27,503 nt of DNA from assembly GCA_041180425.1 (NCBI GenBank), contig JBEGRN010000001.1:1-27503 (forward strand). Direction: 5' to 3'. Within the stretch, counting starts at the first letter, position 1, and each line of letters opens with the position of its first letter. The stretch is from Verrucomicrobiota bacterium. Its GTDB lineage: Bacteria; Verrucomicrobiota; Verrucomicrobiia; Opitutales; UBA953. Shown here in pieces: positions 1 through 8,501 of this stretch. A model generated the notes under the pieces. That model was not told the DNA's origin. It did no database searches and was given only the letters and a program-made list of their open reading frames with translations. A program made the position numbers and the translations under genes.

Positions 1-72
1 TTGCTCATCGCCGGCTGGTTGACGTTGGCGTGGACGGCCCGGACGCGCTCAGCGTCGGCAGCGAGTCTTTGA
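1..72 (+). CDS. 3' end of a membrane protein, probably DUF423 (YgdD/TMEM256) family; 5'-truncated by the window
   Basis: Frame 1 reads LLIAGWLTLAWTARTRSASAASL* with TGA at 70-72. 'LLIAGWLxLAW' resembles the C-terminal helix of DUF423 proteins. Only 23 aa are visible. Confidence 0.45.
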   Translation: MLIAGWLTLAWTARTRSASAASL

Positions 73-102
73 CTTCCCGCCACGGCTGTCTTGGGATGGC
101 GC

Positions 103-558
103 ATGGCTCCGTACCACCTCTCTCGCGCCCGTGAGCAGCTCGGGGTGTTTTCGCGGGAAGAAGTCCTCGCTAAGCTTAACCGCGGCGAACTCCTCCCCAG
201 TGACCTTGCTTGGACCGAGGGCATGGCCGACTGGCAACCCTTGGCCACGCTCTTCCCGCCCTCGCACGGTGCGCCGCCGCCGGTGCCGACTCCAGTTGAT
301 CCGGCGCTATCAATGGTGATTCCCATCAACCGTTCGGGGTGGGCGATTGCGGCGGGCTACCTGGCGCTAGTCTCCGTCCTCTGCGTGCCCGCGCCCCTCG
401 CGCTGTTCTGCGGCATCATGGCTTTGCGCGACCTGAAGCGCCAGCCGCACCTCCAAGGTGCAGGGCGGGCATGGTTTGGCGTCATCATGGGTTCTCTGGG
501 AACGGTGCTGCTCCTGTTGGCCTGCGCTGGCTTCGCTATCGAGGAGATCAGGAGATGA
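103..558 (+). CDS. GYF_2 (DUF4339) domain plus DUF4190-type membrane protein
   Basis: The N-terminal 'QLGVFSREEVLAKLNRGELLPSDLAWTEGMADWQPL' matches the GYF_2 pattern. A Pro-rich linker follows, then two TM helices with 'ALFCGIMALRDLKRQPHLQGAGRAWFGVIMG' (DUF4190-like). ATG at 103 is preferred over TTG at 91. Confidence 0.8.
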   Translation: MAPYHLSRAREQLGVFSREEVLAKLNRGELLPSDLAWTEGMADWQPLATLFPPSHGAPPPVPTPVDPALSMVIPINRSGWAIAAGYLALVSVLCVPAPLALFCGIMALRDLKRQPHLQGAGRAWFGVIMGSLGTVLLLLACAGFAIEEIRR

Positions 559-848
559 AGCCTGCCGAACTGAAGCAGTCCGCGCTGAAGGACGCCCGTC
601 CACCGGCTGGCTTGGGCGAGGCCGCCCTCGCCCTCTGGTTCCTCAAGAAAGGGGATTGGGAGAAGTCCCATGCCATCGCGCAGGACCTCCACGATGCCCA
701 CGGGGCGTGGATTCACGCATTGCTGCATCTGGTCGAGGGCGACCTCGGCAACGCGCGCTATTGGTTCGCGGAGGCGGGTCGTCCGTCGGTGAAGCCCGCT
801 CAGGCCGAGGCCTTGTGGGACGAGATTGCCGCCGAGGTCCTTGCTTAG
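555..848 (+). CDS. Conserved hypothetical protein (97 aa) with a 'GDWxxxH..Q...HA.LH..EGD..NA.YW' motif
   Basis: The ATG at 555 overlaps the upstream stop (ATGA) and GAGGAG lies at 541-546. The sequence MKPAELKQ...GDWEKSHAIAQDLHDAHGAWIHALLHLVEGDLGNARYWFAEAG resembles a widespread uncharacterised family. Confidence 0.75.
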   Translation: MKPAELKQSALKDARPPAGLGEAALALWFLKKGDWEKSHAIAQDLHDAHGAWIHALLHLVEGDLGNARYWFAEAGRPSVKPAQAEALWDEIAAEVLA

Positions 849-860
849 TCGTCGCTCCGC

Positions 861-888
861 TTGCTTCCGCTCGGCCTTTAGCTACCGT
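861..888 (+). promoter_or_regulatory. Putative sigma70-type promoter of gpx (leaderless)
   Basis: TTGCTT(861-866)-16 nt-TACCGT(883-888)-6 nt-ATG. Confidence 0.55.
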
Positions 889-894
889 CGGGCC

Positions 895-1434
895 ATGCGC
901 CTCCTGCTCGCCCTCGCCACCTTCCTGACCCTCTCTATGCACGCCGCCGAAGCCCCGAACTTGCTGACCATCCCCTTGAAGGACATCGACGGCAAGGAGA
1001 CGACCCTCGCCGCCCATAAGGCCAAGGCCATCTTGGTCGTGAACGTCGCCAGCGAGTGCGGCTACACCGCCCAGTATGCTGGCCTCGAGGCCCTTTACCG
1101 CAAATACCAGGCCAAGGGCTTGGTCATCGTCGGCGTGCCCTGCAACGACTTCGGCGGCCAAGAGCCCGGCACTGAAGCGGAGATCAAGAAGTTCTGCTCC
1201 AGCCGTTTCCAAGTCACGTTCCCGTTGACCAGCAAGGTCGCCGCCAAGGGCAAGGTCGCTCACCCGTTGTTCGTGGCCTTGACCAGCAAGGAGGCTGGCC
1301 ATCCCGGTCCGGTGTCCTGGAACTTCAACAAGTTCCTCATCGGCGCCGACGGCAAGCTGATTGCCCGCTTCGATTCTTCCGCTGAACCCGAGTCCGCGGA
1401 GCTCCAAGCTGCCATCGAGAAGGCGCTGAAGTAA
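895..1434 (+). CDS. gpx: Glutathione peroxidase family protein (Cys-type, BtuE/Gpx-like) with a signal peptide
   Basis: Motifs VNVASECG (peroxidatic Cys), GVPCNDFGGQEPG, IKKFC and WNFNKFLI. The N-terminus is MRLLLALATFLTLSMHA. ATG at 895. Confidence 0.93.
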   Translation: MRLLLALATFLTLSMHAAEAPNLLTIPLKDIDGKETTLAAHKAKAILVVNVASECGYTAQYAGLEALYRKYQAKGLVIVGVPCNDFGGQEPGTEAEIKKFCSSRFQVTFPLTSKVAAKGKVAHPLFVALTSKEAGHPGPVSWNFNKFLIGADGKLIARFDSSAEPESAELQAAIEKALK

Positions 1435-1445
1435 ACTGCAGGAGC

Positions 1446-2198
1446 CTAGGCAGGCCAGAGCAGTTTCAGGATCAGCGTCAGCACCACCGCGAGGAAGACT
1501 CCGCGGATGAGGCCGGCTCCGTGCTTGAGCACTAGCCCAGACCCGAGGCGTGCCCCGATGAGCTGGCCGGCGATCATCGCCAAGGCAACCCACGGCGCGA
1601 CGTGGCCGAGGCAGGCGAAGACCACCAAGGAGCCGAGGTTGCTCGCAAGGTTGACGACCTTGGTGAAGGCGTTGGCCCGCGTCAGTTCCTGCCCCAGAAG
1701 CGTGACCAGGCTTAAGATCCAGAAGGCGCCCGTGCCTGGGCCGAAGAAGCCGTCGTAGAAGCCCAAGGTGAGCCCGAAGATCCACGAGTAGAGGACCACG
1801 CCCATCCGGGCGCGCGTCGCCGTGGAGCCCAAGCGCGGGCTGGCGATCACGTAGACGACCACCGCCAGGAGCATCCAAGGAATGGCCTTTTTTAAGGCGT
1901 CGTTGCCGATGAGCGTGAGGACGTAGGCGCCGGCCATCGAGCCGAGGAAGGAGAGGACCGTGGCCAACCGTACTTCCGTCCAGGCCATGAGGCCGGCCTG
2001 CGCGTAGCGGCTGACGGACATGGCCGTGCCGAAGGAGCTCTGTGCTTTGTTCGTCCCGAGGGCTAGTTGCGGCGGCAGGCCGGCCCAGAGCAAGGCCGGC
2101 ACCGTGATCAAGCCGCCCCCGCCCGCGATGGAGTCGATGAACCCGCCCAACAGGCCGGCTCCGAAGAGCAGGGCGTAGGCGTGGAAAGCGAGGTCCAT
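1446..2198 (-). CDS. TSUP family transporter (TauE/SafE, YfcA-like)
   Basis: 250 aa, hydrophobic. Motifs 'GFIDSIAGGGGLITVPAL', 'ALGTNK' and 'LGFYDGFFGPGTG', plus 'TKVVNLASN'. Confidence 0.92.
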   Translation of the reverse strand: MDLAFHAYALLFGAGLLGGFIDSIAGGGGLITVPALLWAGLPPQLALGTNKAQSSFGTAMSVSRYAQAGLMAWTEVRLATVLSFLGSMAGAYVLTLIGNDALKKAIPWMLLAVVVYVIASPRLGSTATRARMGVVLYSWIFGLTLGFYDGFFGPGTGAFWILSLVTLLGQELTRANAFTKVVNLASNLGSLVVFACLGHVAPWVALAMIAGQLIGARLGSGLVLKHGAGLIRGVFLAVVLTLILKLLWPA

Positions 2199-2204
2199 GC
2201 CGAG

Positions 2205-2233
2205 GGCATAGTTTGCTGCCGTGCTGGGGTCAA
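2205..2233 (-). promoter_or_regulatory. Putative promoter of the TSUP gene (leaderless)
   Basis: On the minus strand: TTGACC-17 nt-TATGCC-6 nt-ATG. Confidence 0.55.
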
Positions 2234-2282
2234 CGCGGGCATTTGGGCTTTATGGCTGAAGCGACCGGCCTAGATTAGCCGC

Positions 2283-2828
2283 ATGTCGGTTGAAGCGCCT
2301 CTCACGCCCCGGGTTCGCTCTAGGTTCCTGCTGGGAGTCGCTTTCATCGCCGTCATCGTCTTGGTCGGGCTCTTTGTCTTTGGGCGGCGCTCGACCGTTT
2401 CCGCAGAAGCCCCTGCGGTGGGTCAACGTTCGGCGGTCGCGAGCCCCAGCGCCAAAGTTTTCCCGCGGAGTGCCGCGCACCTGCAGTTGGACGAGGCGAA
2501 GAACGTCAGGCCGGACCTACCTGAAGTCATGGCGTCCTCGCTGCAGCAGTTGGACGGGCAGGTCTACCCTAGGATGATGGCTTTGGCCCAAGAGATGCAG
2601 GTCGCCGATCCGACCAGGCTCTTTGGCCTTTCTGTCCGGGCCGAAGAAGCGTTAGACGCGATGATGAAGGAGCCTCGTTTTCGTGAGCTGGAAACCATCC
2701 TGAAGGGACAGGAGAGGCGCTGGGTGGAGGCCGATATGGCTGAGCGACAGGAAATCTTGAAGGTCCGCCGGGCTACCTATGACGAGTTGTTGGCCGAGGC
2801 GCGGGTCCGACTCTCCGCCTTACGTTAG
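2283..2828 (+). CDS. Hypothetical membrane-anchored protein (181 aa)
   Basis: A single N-terminal TM segment (FLLGVAFIAVIVLVGLFVF), a low-complexity linker and a helical-looking C-terminus. It fills the gap between two genes. TAGATT lies 6 nt before the ATG. Confidence 0.7.
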   Translation: MSVEAPLTPRVRSRFLLGVAFIAVIVLVGLFVFGRRSTVSAEAPAVGQRSAVASPSAKVFPRSAAHLQLDEAKNVRPDLPEVMASSLQQLDGQVYPRMMALAQEMQVADPTRLFGLSVRAEEALDAMMKEPRFRELETILKGQERRWVEADMAERQEILKVRRATYDELLAEARVRLSALR

Positions 2829-2844
2829 GCGCCCTCGGGTGCCG

Positions 2845-2872
2845 TTGACTCAGACGAACCGTCGGCTAGGGT
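2845..2872 (+). promoter_or_regulatory. Putative sigma70-type promoter of the FAD oxidoreductase gene
   Basis: TTGACT(2845-2850)-16 nt-TAGGGT(2867-2872), 11 nt before ATG 2884. Confidence 0.6.
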
Positions 2873-2883
2873 GCGGTCACCCC

Positions 2884-4536
2884 ATGACCTTTGTTGTCAC
2901 GTGCCGATGCGCCTTTTTATGTTTCCTCGGAGGCCTTGCTCTCTGGACTAGCTCGAGTCAGCTGCTGGCGGCCGAACCGATGGAGGCCTATGACGTCTGT
3001 GTCTACACGGGCAACGCGAGCGGGGTGATGGCGGCATGCGCCGCGGCCAAGGAAGGCGCCAAGGTCGTGGTCGTTGAGCCCAGCCGCTGGTTGGGCGGCA
3101 TGACGGGCGGTGGGCTCATGCACGTTGACTGGGGGCGCGAAGAAGCCGTCAGCGGTTCGACGCGTCCGATCCTCAAGCAAGGCTTCGAGGACCCTCAGTA
3201 TCGCGCGACTTTTGCGAAGATGTTGGCCGAAGCCGGTGTCACGGTATTGTTCGAACACCGGGTGGGCTCGGTGGAAAAGTCCGCCGGGGTGATCCGCGCC
3301 ATCACCTTGGACCATGCGCCGTTTGATGCGTTGGGCTGTCCGCCAGCCGTGCCCAAGCAGGCCGCAGCGCGCGTCCTGCGGGCCAAGGTCTTCATCGACT
3401 GCTCTTATGAAGGCGATGTGCTGGCGCGGGCTGGCGTGACGTACACTTGGGGGCGCGAAGCCCGCGCGACCTATGGCGAGTCGCTGGCCGGGGCGCAGCC
3501 GCCGATGTCGGTCTACGCCATCGACCCATACGTGAAACCCGGCGAGGTACAGAGCGGGCTCTTGCCCGGCCTGCAGGCTGACCCCGTGGCGCCCGTCGGC
3601 GAGGCCGACCGGCTTACCATGGGTTACGGCTTTCGGTGGAAGTTCACGTTTAAAGGGGACGGTCTGCCCATCGCTGCGCCGGAGCATTATGACCCTCGGC
3701 AGTTCGAGCTCTACCGGCGGGCCTTTGCGTCCGGCGTGGATATCCTCTCCGGCCGAGTCCTGCGCGGGAAGCTGGACGGTTGGGAAAAGAGCGGTGGCCG
3801 AGTCTTTTCGGGCGGGGCGGGCAACTTGGCTCGCGCGTTGTTCGCTCCGACCAACTACGGCAGCAACGCTGGCTATCCCGATGGCGATTACGCCACGCGT
3901 GCCAGGATTTGGAAAGAGCAGCAGGATTTCGTGCGCGGCATGACCCATTTCCTGCGCACGGATCCGGCGGTGCCCGCCAAGCAGAAGGAAATCGCCCTCA
4001 GCGCAGGGCTGGCCAAAGGCATCTTTGACGACACCCAAGGCTACCCGCATCAGCTCTACGTGCGGGAGGCCCGCCGCATGGTTGCCGATTATGTCGTCAC
4101 TCAGCAGGACCTGGAAGGGCGGACCGAGACGCCGAAAGATTCCGTCGGCCTCGCCTCCTATGGCGTCGACGAGTGGCCGTATGCGACCGTCGCGTCGGAC
4201 GGCAAGGTCGCGCTGATGGGCGGTTATTATTCGATGCTCTACCTCGAGGATAAGCATCGCGGCATCTACCCCATCCCGTATCGCGCCATCCGCCCGAAGA
4301 AGGAGCAATGCACGAACCTCTTGGTCCCGGTCTGCGTTTCCGCCAGCCACATCGCGATGACCTCCATCCGCATGGAGCCTGTTTGGATGATTCTCGGCGA
4401 ATCCGCGGGCGTGGCCGCGGCGCTCGCGGTGAAGTCCGACGTCGCCGTGCAGGATGTGCCTTATGCGGACCTGCAGCCGAAGTTGCGGGCCTTGCACCAG
4501 AAACTGGAAGTCCCTAAGCCCCCGGCGCAGAAGTAG
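2884..4536 (+). CDS. FAD-dependent oxidoreductase (PF12831-type), probably exported
   Basis: Motifs '[43 protein letters not shown]', '[12 protein letters not shown]', 'LYVREARRM' and '[32 protein letters not shown]'. The N-terminus is signal-like. The start at 2884 follows the promoter. Confidence 0.88.
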   Translation: MTFVVTCRCAFLCFLGGLALWTSSSQLLAAEPMEAYDVCVYTGNASGVMAACAAAKEGAKVVVVEPSRWLGGMTGGGLMHVDWGREEAVSGSTRPILKQGFEDPQYRATFAKMLAEAGVTVLFEHRVGSVEKSAGVIRAITLDHAPFDALGCPPAVPKQAAARVLRAKVFIDCSYEGDVLARAGVTYTWGREARATYGESLAGAQPPMSVYAIDPYVKPGEVQSGLLPGLQADPVAPVGEADRLTMGYGFRWKFTFKGDGLPIAAPEHYDPRQFELYRRAFASGVDILSGRVLRGKLDGWEKSGGRVFSGGAGNLARALFAPTNYGSNAGYPDGDYATRARIWKEQQDFVRGMTHFLRTDPAVPAKQKEIALSAGLAKGIFDDTQGYPHQLYVREARRMVADYVVTQQDLEGRTETPKDSVGLASYGVDEWPYATVASDGKVALMGGYYSMLYLEDKHRGIYPIPYRAIRPKKEQCTNLLVPVCVSASHIAMTSIRMEPVWMILGESAGVAAALAVKSDVAVQDVPYADLQPKLRALHQKLEVPKPPAQK

Positions 4537-4882
4537 GCCCGGCGAAGCGGAGGTCGGCCACGACTTGGCCGCCGAGCAGGTGCTGCTGGATGATGCGGTC
4601 GAGGTTCTCGGGCGTGCAGTCGCGGTACCACACCCCTTCGGGGTAGACCACGGCGATGGGGCCTTGGACGCAGACCCGCAGGCAGTCGGCCTTGGTGCGT
4701 TGGATGCCGCCACGGCCTTCGAGGCCCAGCTGCTTCAGGCGCGTCTTCAGGTGCTCCCAGGAACGCGTGGCCAGTTCGCCGCCGCAGCAGGCCTGTGCCG
4801 ACGACTTCACGCACAGGAAGATGTGCCGCTTCGTCCGGTCGAGTCCGAGCGTCTGCGCCATTTCTGCGGACGTCGGGGCCAT
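4514..4882 (-). CDS. Thioredoxin-like [2Fe-2S] ferredoxin (122 aa)
   Basis: [10 protein letters not shown]...[15 protein letters not shown]...[23 protein letters not shown]...IIQQHL carries the Cys pattern and 'GP..VVYPEG.WY' typical of the family. The start is 5 nt after the exonuclease stop. Confidence 0.88.
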   Translation of the reverse strand: MAPTSAEMAQTLGLDRTKRHIFLCVKSSAQACCGGELATRSWEHLKTRLKQLGLEGRGGIQRTKADCLRVCVQGPIAVVYPEGVWYRDCTPENLDRIIQQHLLGGQVVADLRFAGPTSAPGA

Positions 4883-4887
4883 GCGGC

Positions 4888-5571
4888 TTATTCGAAGCGC
4901 GGGATGATGCCGTCCTTCTCGAGCTTCAGGAACAGCTCGCGGCTGAACCAAGCGTCGTTGGCCGCGTAGGCGATCTGCTTGCGCGCAAACTCGGCGTCCT
5001 TCTTGTTCTTGCTGTTCACCGCGAACGGCAGTTCCCAGTGGGAGCACTGCACGCTCTTGGACTTCTTCATCTGGAGGCCCAGGTAGATGGCGGCAAGCGC
5101 ACGGAGCCCGGTGTTGATCACCCCGGCGCGCTTGGTGAAGTCGGACACGTCGATGAAGCCCGGGGCGTCGAACGGCGCGCGTTCCTGGAGGTGGCGGACG
5201 TCGTCGCGGACCGCGACGCCGACCTTGGCCTTGCGCGCGTCGCAGAGCAGGGGGAACATGACGGGGACGCCCCCGCACTCATCGAGGCGGAAGATGAAGA
5301 TCTTTTCGGCGCCGGCCAGCTGGAGGATGGACGGAAGGTAGGTGACGCCGCGGGTATGCGAAGGGCGGGTTTCGGTGTCGAACCCCAGGACGCGCTCCTT
5401 GGAGAGGTGCTTCACGGCCCGTTCGGCATCCTGTTCGCTCTCGATGACCTCGGTATAGCCGTCCCATTGGCCCACGGGGAGGGTGGCGATCAAATCGTCG
5501 GTAAAACGCAGCCCGCGGGCGGGCTGTTGGCCTGTTTTGCCCTCTTCTGGGCTGTCTGCTGACTCGTCCAC
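4888..5571 (-). CDS. DEDDy 3'-5' exonuclease (WRN/RNase D-like)
   Basis: ExoI 'LGFDTETRP', ExoII 'KVGVAVRDD', ExoIII 'YAANDAW'. GTG start. Confidence 0.9.
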   Translation of the reverse strand: MDESADSPEEGKTGQQPARGLRFTDDLIATLPVGQWDGYTEVIESEQDAERAVKHLSKERVLGFDTETRPSHTRGVTYLPSILQLAGAEKIFIFRLDECGGVPVMFPLLCDARKAKVGVAVRDDVRHLQERAPFDAPGFIDVSDFTKRAGVINTGLRALAAIYLGLQMKKSKSVQCSHWELPFAVNSKNKKDAEFARKQIAYAANDAWFSRELFLKLEKDGIIPRFE

Positions 5572-5579
5572 AGGGGGAA

Positions 5580-5606
5580 AGCAAAGGTCTGCCCGCCTAT
5601 TGGCAA
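5580..5606 (-). promoter_or_regulatory. Putative promoter TTGCCA-N15-TTTGCT upstream of the exonuclease gene
   Basis: On the minus strand: TTGCCA(5606-5601)-15 nt-TTTGCT(5585-5580)-8 nt-GTG. The same motif precedes mcsA and rpmB. Confidence 0.5.
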
Positions 5607-5636
5607 CCAGAGACTAGGACTGTTGGGAAAAAAGCG

Positions 5637-5665
5637 TTGACCGTGCCCATCGAGCCACCTTTGTT
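5637..5665 (+). promoter_or_regulatory. Putative tRNA promoter
   Basis: TTGACC(5637-5642)-17 nt-TTTGTT, 16 nt before the tRNA 5' end. The -10 assignment is uncertain. Confidence 0.4.
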
Positions 5666-5681
5666 AACCATCCCTTTTCAA

Positions 5682-5757
<76 letters not shown>

Positions 5758-5760
5758 TTA

Positions 5761-5800
5761 AAAAACCGGCCGTCTTCTCACGAAGGCGGCCGGTTCCTTT
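5761..5800. terminator. Bidirectional intrinsic terminator between tRNA-Ala and the convergent hypothetical gene
   Basis: Stem AACCGGCCGTCTTC / GAAGGCGGCCGGTT with loop TCAC. An A-run lies on the left and CCTTT on the right. Confidence 0.75.
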
Positions 5801-5822
5801 GAGGCGTGCTCCGGGCGAGGGC

Positions 5823-6860
5823 TTACTTGGGCAATCGGCTCAGGATGGCCTGGCAATCGTTGCTGAGGCGCAGGTCCATGATGAGGGTCTCGCGGTTGAC
5901 CTTCTCGATGGAGTCGGCTGCGTTCTGCAGCTGCTTCTTCAGGGCCAGGTTCTCGTTGCGGGAGGCCTTGGCGTCGGGCTTCTCGGCCAGCTCCCCGGCC
6001 ATGGTTTCGTATTTGCGCAGCATCGTGACCATGGCCTGGCGGTCATCGGGGGCGCGACGCAGCATCGCCCAGGTCGCCTTGGCTTTGACGCCGCCCTCGG
6101 CCAGCAGGCGGAAGTAGCCGATGGCGGCGAAGCTCTTCTTGTCGGCTTCGAAATCCTTCTTGGCGTTTTCCTCGAGGGTCTTGAACTGCTCGGGGCGCTG
6201 GGTCGTCTTCGGCGTGTTGTTAGTGTTGTTGGCGCCGCTCTTGGACTTCTGCGCGTTCGTCTTGGGCTTCTCCGTCTTCTTGGCCTCTGGCTTATCCGGC
6301 TTGTCCGCGGATTCCTTGTCGGCCTTGTCGGCGGCCTCGGTCTTGTCCTTGGCCTCCGGGGCGGGTTTGCTGGCGGCCTTGAGTTCGCCGAAGGTCTTCC
6401 AGAAGGTGGCTTCCTCGATCTCCCCTTCCTTCAGGATGAATTCGACGCTGGTGATCTTGACGCCTTTCAGGCCGTCGAGCATCGAGACGGAAAGGTTGCG
6501 CAGCAACGACTTGGTGTCGGTGGGCGTGGCTTCCTTGGCGAACGGGTCTTCCTCCGGCTCCTTCTCGCGCTTCTTCTTTTCCATCGCCTCTTCCTTGGCG
6601 GGCTTGAGGAGGAGCTCGCGTTCGGCCCAAACCTTGGGGGAATTCTTCTTCGTCCATTCCTGGTCGAGGTCGTCCCACTTGTAGGTGAGCACGGAGTCCT
6701 TGCCCGGCACTTGCACGGTGATCGTGTCCTCGTCCTGGGTGATGTATTCGAACGTCACGATGTTGCCGTTCTTGCGGAGCTGGACCGGCTCGGCGGAGAT
6801 GGCGGCGGCGGCGAGGAGCAGGAGAAGGGTGAGGGGCTTCACGGGGGGTGACTTACCCAT
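5823..6860 (-). CDS. Hypothetical secreted protein with a central K/D/E/A-rich low-complexity linker
   Basis: Signal-like 'KPLTLLLLLAAAAISA|EP'. Strong codon bias typical of this genome. The start is ATG 6860 or GTG 6842. No family recognised. Confidence 0.8.
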   Translation of the reverse strand: MGKSPPVKPLTLLLLLAAAAISAEPVQLRKNGNIVTFEYITQDEDTITVQVPGKDSVLTYKWDDLDQEWTKKNSPKVWAERELLLKPAKEEAMEKKKREKEPEEDPFAKEATPTDTKSLLRNLSVSMLDGLKGVKITSVEFILKEGEIEEATFWKTFGELKAASKPAPEAKDKTEAADKADKESADKPDKPEAKKTEKPKTNAQKSKSGANNTNNTPKTTQRPEQFKTLEENAKKDFEADKKSFAAIGYFRLLAEGGVKAKATWAMLRRAPDDRQAMVTMLRKYETMAGELAEKPDAKASRNENLALKKQLQNAADSIEKVNRETLIMDLRLSNDCQAILSRLPK

Positions 6861-6887
6861 AGTCTGTGGGCTGGCTGGACGGGGGCA

Positions 6888-6927
6888 AATAAAGAAGGAG
6901 GCCACCCCATGGGGGTGGCCTCCTTCT
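6888..6927 (-). terminator. Intrinsic terminator downstream of the ACP gene
   Basis: A perfect 16-bp inverted repeat AGAAGGAGGCCACCCC / GGGGTGGCCTCCTTCT (6893-6927) with a 3-nt loop. TTATTT follows on the minus strand. Confidence 0.85.
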
Positions 6928-6947
6928 GACACGGGCTAAGGGGTGGT

Positions 6948-7208
6948 TTACTTGCTGCCCTTGGCCTGGAACTTCGGCAGGAGGTACTCGGCGCAGGAGT
7001 CGAGGGAGGCCAACTGGACGTAGTCGGCTTCAGGCACTTCGATGCCGTGCTTCTTGCGGAGCTCCATGACGATGTCCAGGAAGTCCATCGAATCGAGGGA
7101 CAACTGGTCGCGGAGGCGGACCTCCGGCTTGACGGCGGAAAGGTCTTCGTCCGGGGCGATGTCGGCGATGATGTCGAGTACGACCTGCTTGATGTCTTCC
7201 TTGGTCAT
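6948..7208 (-). CDS. Acyl carrier protein (atypical, LSLDSMD motif)
   Basis: 86 aa, acidic. The phosphopantetheine site is 'LSLDSMDFLDIVMELRKKHGIEVPE'. It lies directly downstream of the ketosynthase. Confidence 0.92.
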   Translation of the reverse strand: MTKEDIKQVVLDIIADIAPDEDLSAVKPEVRLRDQLSLDSMDFLDIVMELRKKHGIEVPEADYVQLASLDSCAEYLLPKFQAKGSK

Positions 7209-7244
7209 TGTGGGTGGGGGTCTGTTTCAACCGCCCTTGGCCGT

Positions 7245-8486
7245 TCAGGCAACCCCATATTTCTTCACAATGAGGGCGGAATTGATGCCGAGCATGCCGA
7301 AAGAGTTGTTCAAAATGGCCTCCAGGCGGGGGGCTTGGACGGCCTGATTGATGACCAAACCGGGCATGGCGCACTCGGGGTCGAGTTCTTCGATATTGAT
7401 GGTCGGGTGGACCCAGCCGTCCTCAAAAGACGGCAAATTGCCCGCTAATTCGAGGGCCCCGGCGGCTCCCATGCAGTGTCCGATGAAACTCTTCGTATTG
7501 TTGATATAGGTGCCCGGGCAGTCGGTGAAGACCTCGCGGAGGGCGGTGCATTCCTGGATGTCCCCCAAGGCCGTGGCCGTCGCGTGGGTGGAGACGATAT
7601 GGATGTCCTGTGGCTTCATGCCCGCCCGCTTGAGGGCGAGGCGGACGCATTCCGCCTGGCGTTCCGGGTTGGGGAGGACGGCGTCCGTGGCGTCGGAATT
7701 GATGCACCAGCCGGCGATCTCGGCGAGGATGCGGGCCCCGCGCTTTTGGGCGTCCTCGAGGCGTTCCAGGACGTAGATGGCGCCGCCTTCGGAGATGACG
7801 ATGCCGTTGCGGTTCTTGTCGAAGGGGCGGGAGGCCTTGGTGGGGTCTTCGTGCGCGCCCAAGGCGCCTTGGTTCTTGAAGCCGGCGAAGATGCCAAAGG
7901 TATGGATGGACTCGGAGACGCCGCCTGCGAAGGCCACGTCGACTTCGCCGAGCTGGAGCATCTGGGCCGCTTGGATGAGGCCCGCGTTGCCGGCCGCGCA
8001 GGCCGCGCCGATGGTGTAGTGGGGCCCCGTGATGCCCATGTTCATCGTCACTTCGCCCGCGGGGTTGTTGGCCACCGTGCGGGGGTTGTGGTGGTGGGTC
8101 CAGTACTTGGTGTCGTTGCCGAACTGGGAGATGTTGTGGATTTCGTTCTCGGTCTCCACGTTGCCGTGTTCGGTGATGCCGAGGTAGACGCCGACGCGGG
8201 ACTTATCGACGGACTCCCATGCCAGGCCGCTGTCCCCGAGGGCTTCGCGGGCGCAATAGATGGAGATCGAGCCGACGCGGGTGCCGTTGCGGATTTCCTT
8301 CCGCTTCTGCCACTTGGTGGCGTCGAAATCGCAGACCCCGGCCGGGTGGCGGCCCATGTGGCGCACGTCGATTTCGGCGATGCGCGCCTTGCCGGCCAAG
8401 AGGTTGGCGCGGAACTCCGGGAGGGAATTCCCGTTGGGGGCGGTGAGGCCGATCCCAGTGATGACGATGCGGGTCTTGGAAGACAT
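7245..8486 (-). CDS. Beta-ketoacyl-ACP synthase, FabF/FabB-like (C-H-H triad)
   Basis: 'RIVITGIG', catalytic Cys in 'GAACAAG', 'SRPFDKNRNGIVISEGG', His in 'STHATAT' and 'KSFIGHCMGAAG', and 'NNSFG'. ATG at 8486. Confidence 0.92.
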   Translation of the reverse strand: MSSKTRIVITGIGLTAPNGNSLPEFRANLLAGKARIAEIDVRHMGRHPAGVCDFDATKWQKRKEIRNGTRVGSISIYCAREALGDSGLAWESVDKSRVGVYLGITEHGNVETENEIHNISQFGNDTKYWTHHHNPRTVANNPAGEVTMNMGITGPHYTIGAACAAGNAGLIQAAQMLQLGEVDVAFAGGVSESIHTFGIFAGFKNQGALGAHEDPTKASRPFDKNRNGIVISEGGAIYVLERLEDAQKRGARILAEIAGWCINSDATDAVLPNPERQAECVRLALKRAGMKPQDIHIVSTHATATALGDIQECTALREVFTDCPGTYINNTKSFIGHCMGAAGALELAGNLPSFEDGWVHPTINIEELDPECAMPGLVINQAVQAPRLEAILNNSFGMLGINSALIVKKYGVA

Positions 8487-8501
8487 CTGGCTACGCCCCC
8501 C

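Noticed and set aside
1051-1062. Selenocysteine in the glutathione peroxidase
   Set aside because: The active-site codon is TGC (Cys). There is no in-frame TGA and no SECIS-like need.
895-4882. A dedicated sulfur/redox cluster (GPx, TSUP, FAD oxidoreductase, ferredoxin)
   Set aside because: The genes lie on alternating strands, mostly with separate putative promoters, and there is no evidence of co-regulation.
5580-5606. TTTGCT motifs as sigma54 -12 elements
   Set aside because: GG-N10-GC spacing fits only the exonuclease copy, and there without TGGCAC. The mcsA and rpmB copies lack the -24 GG.
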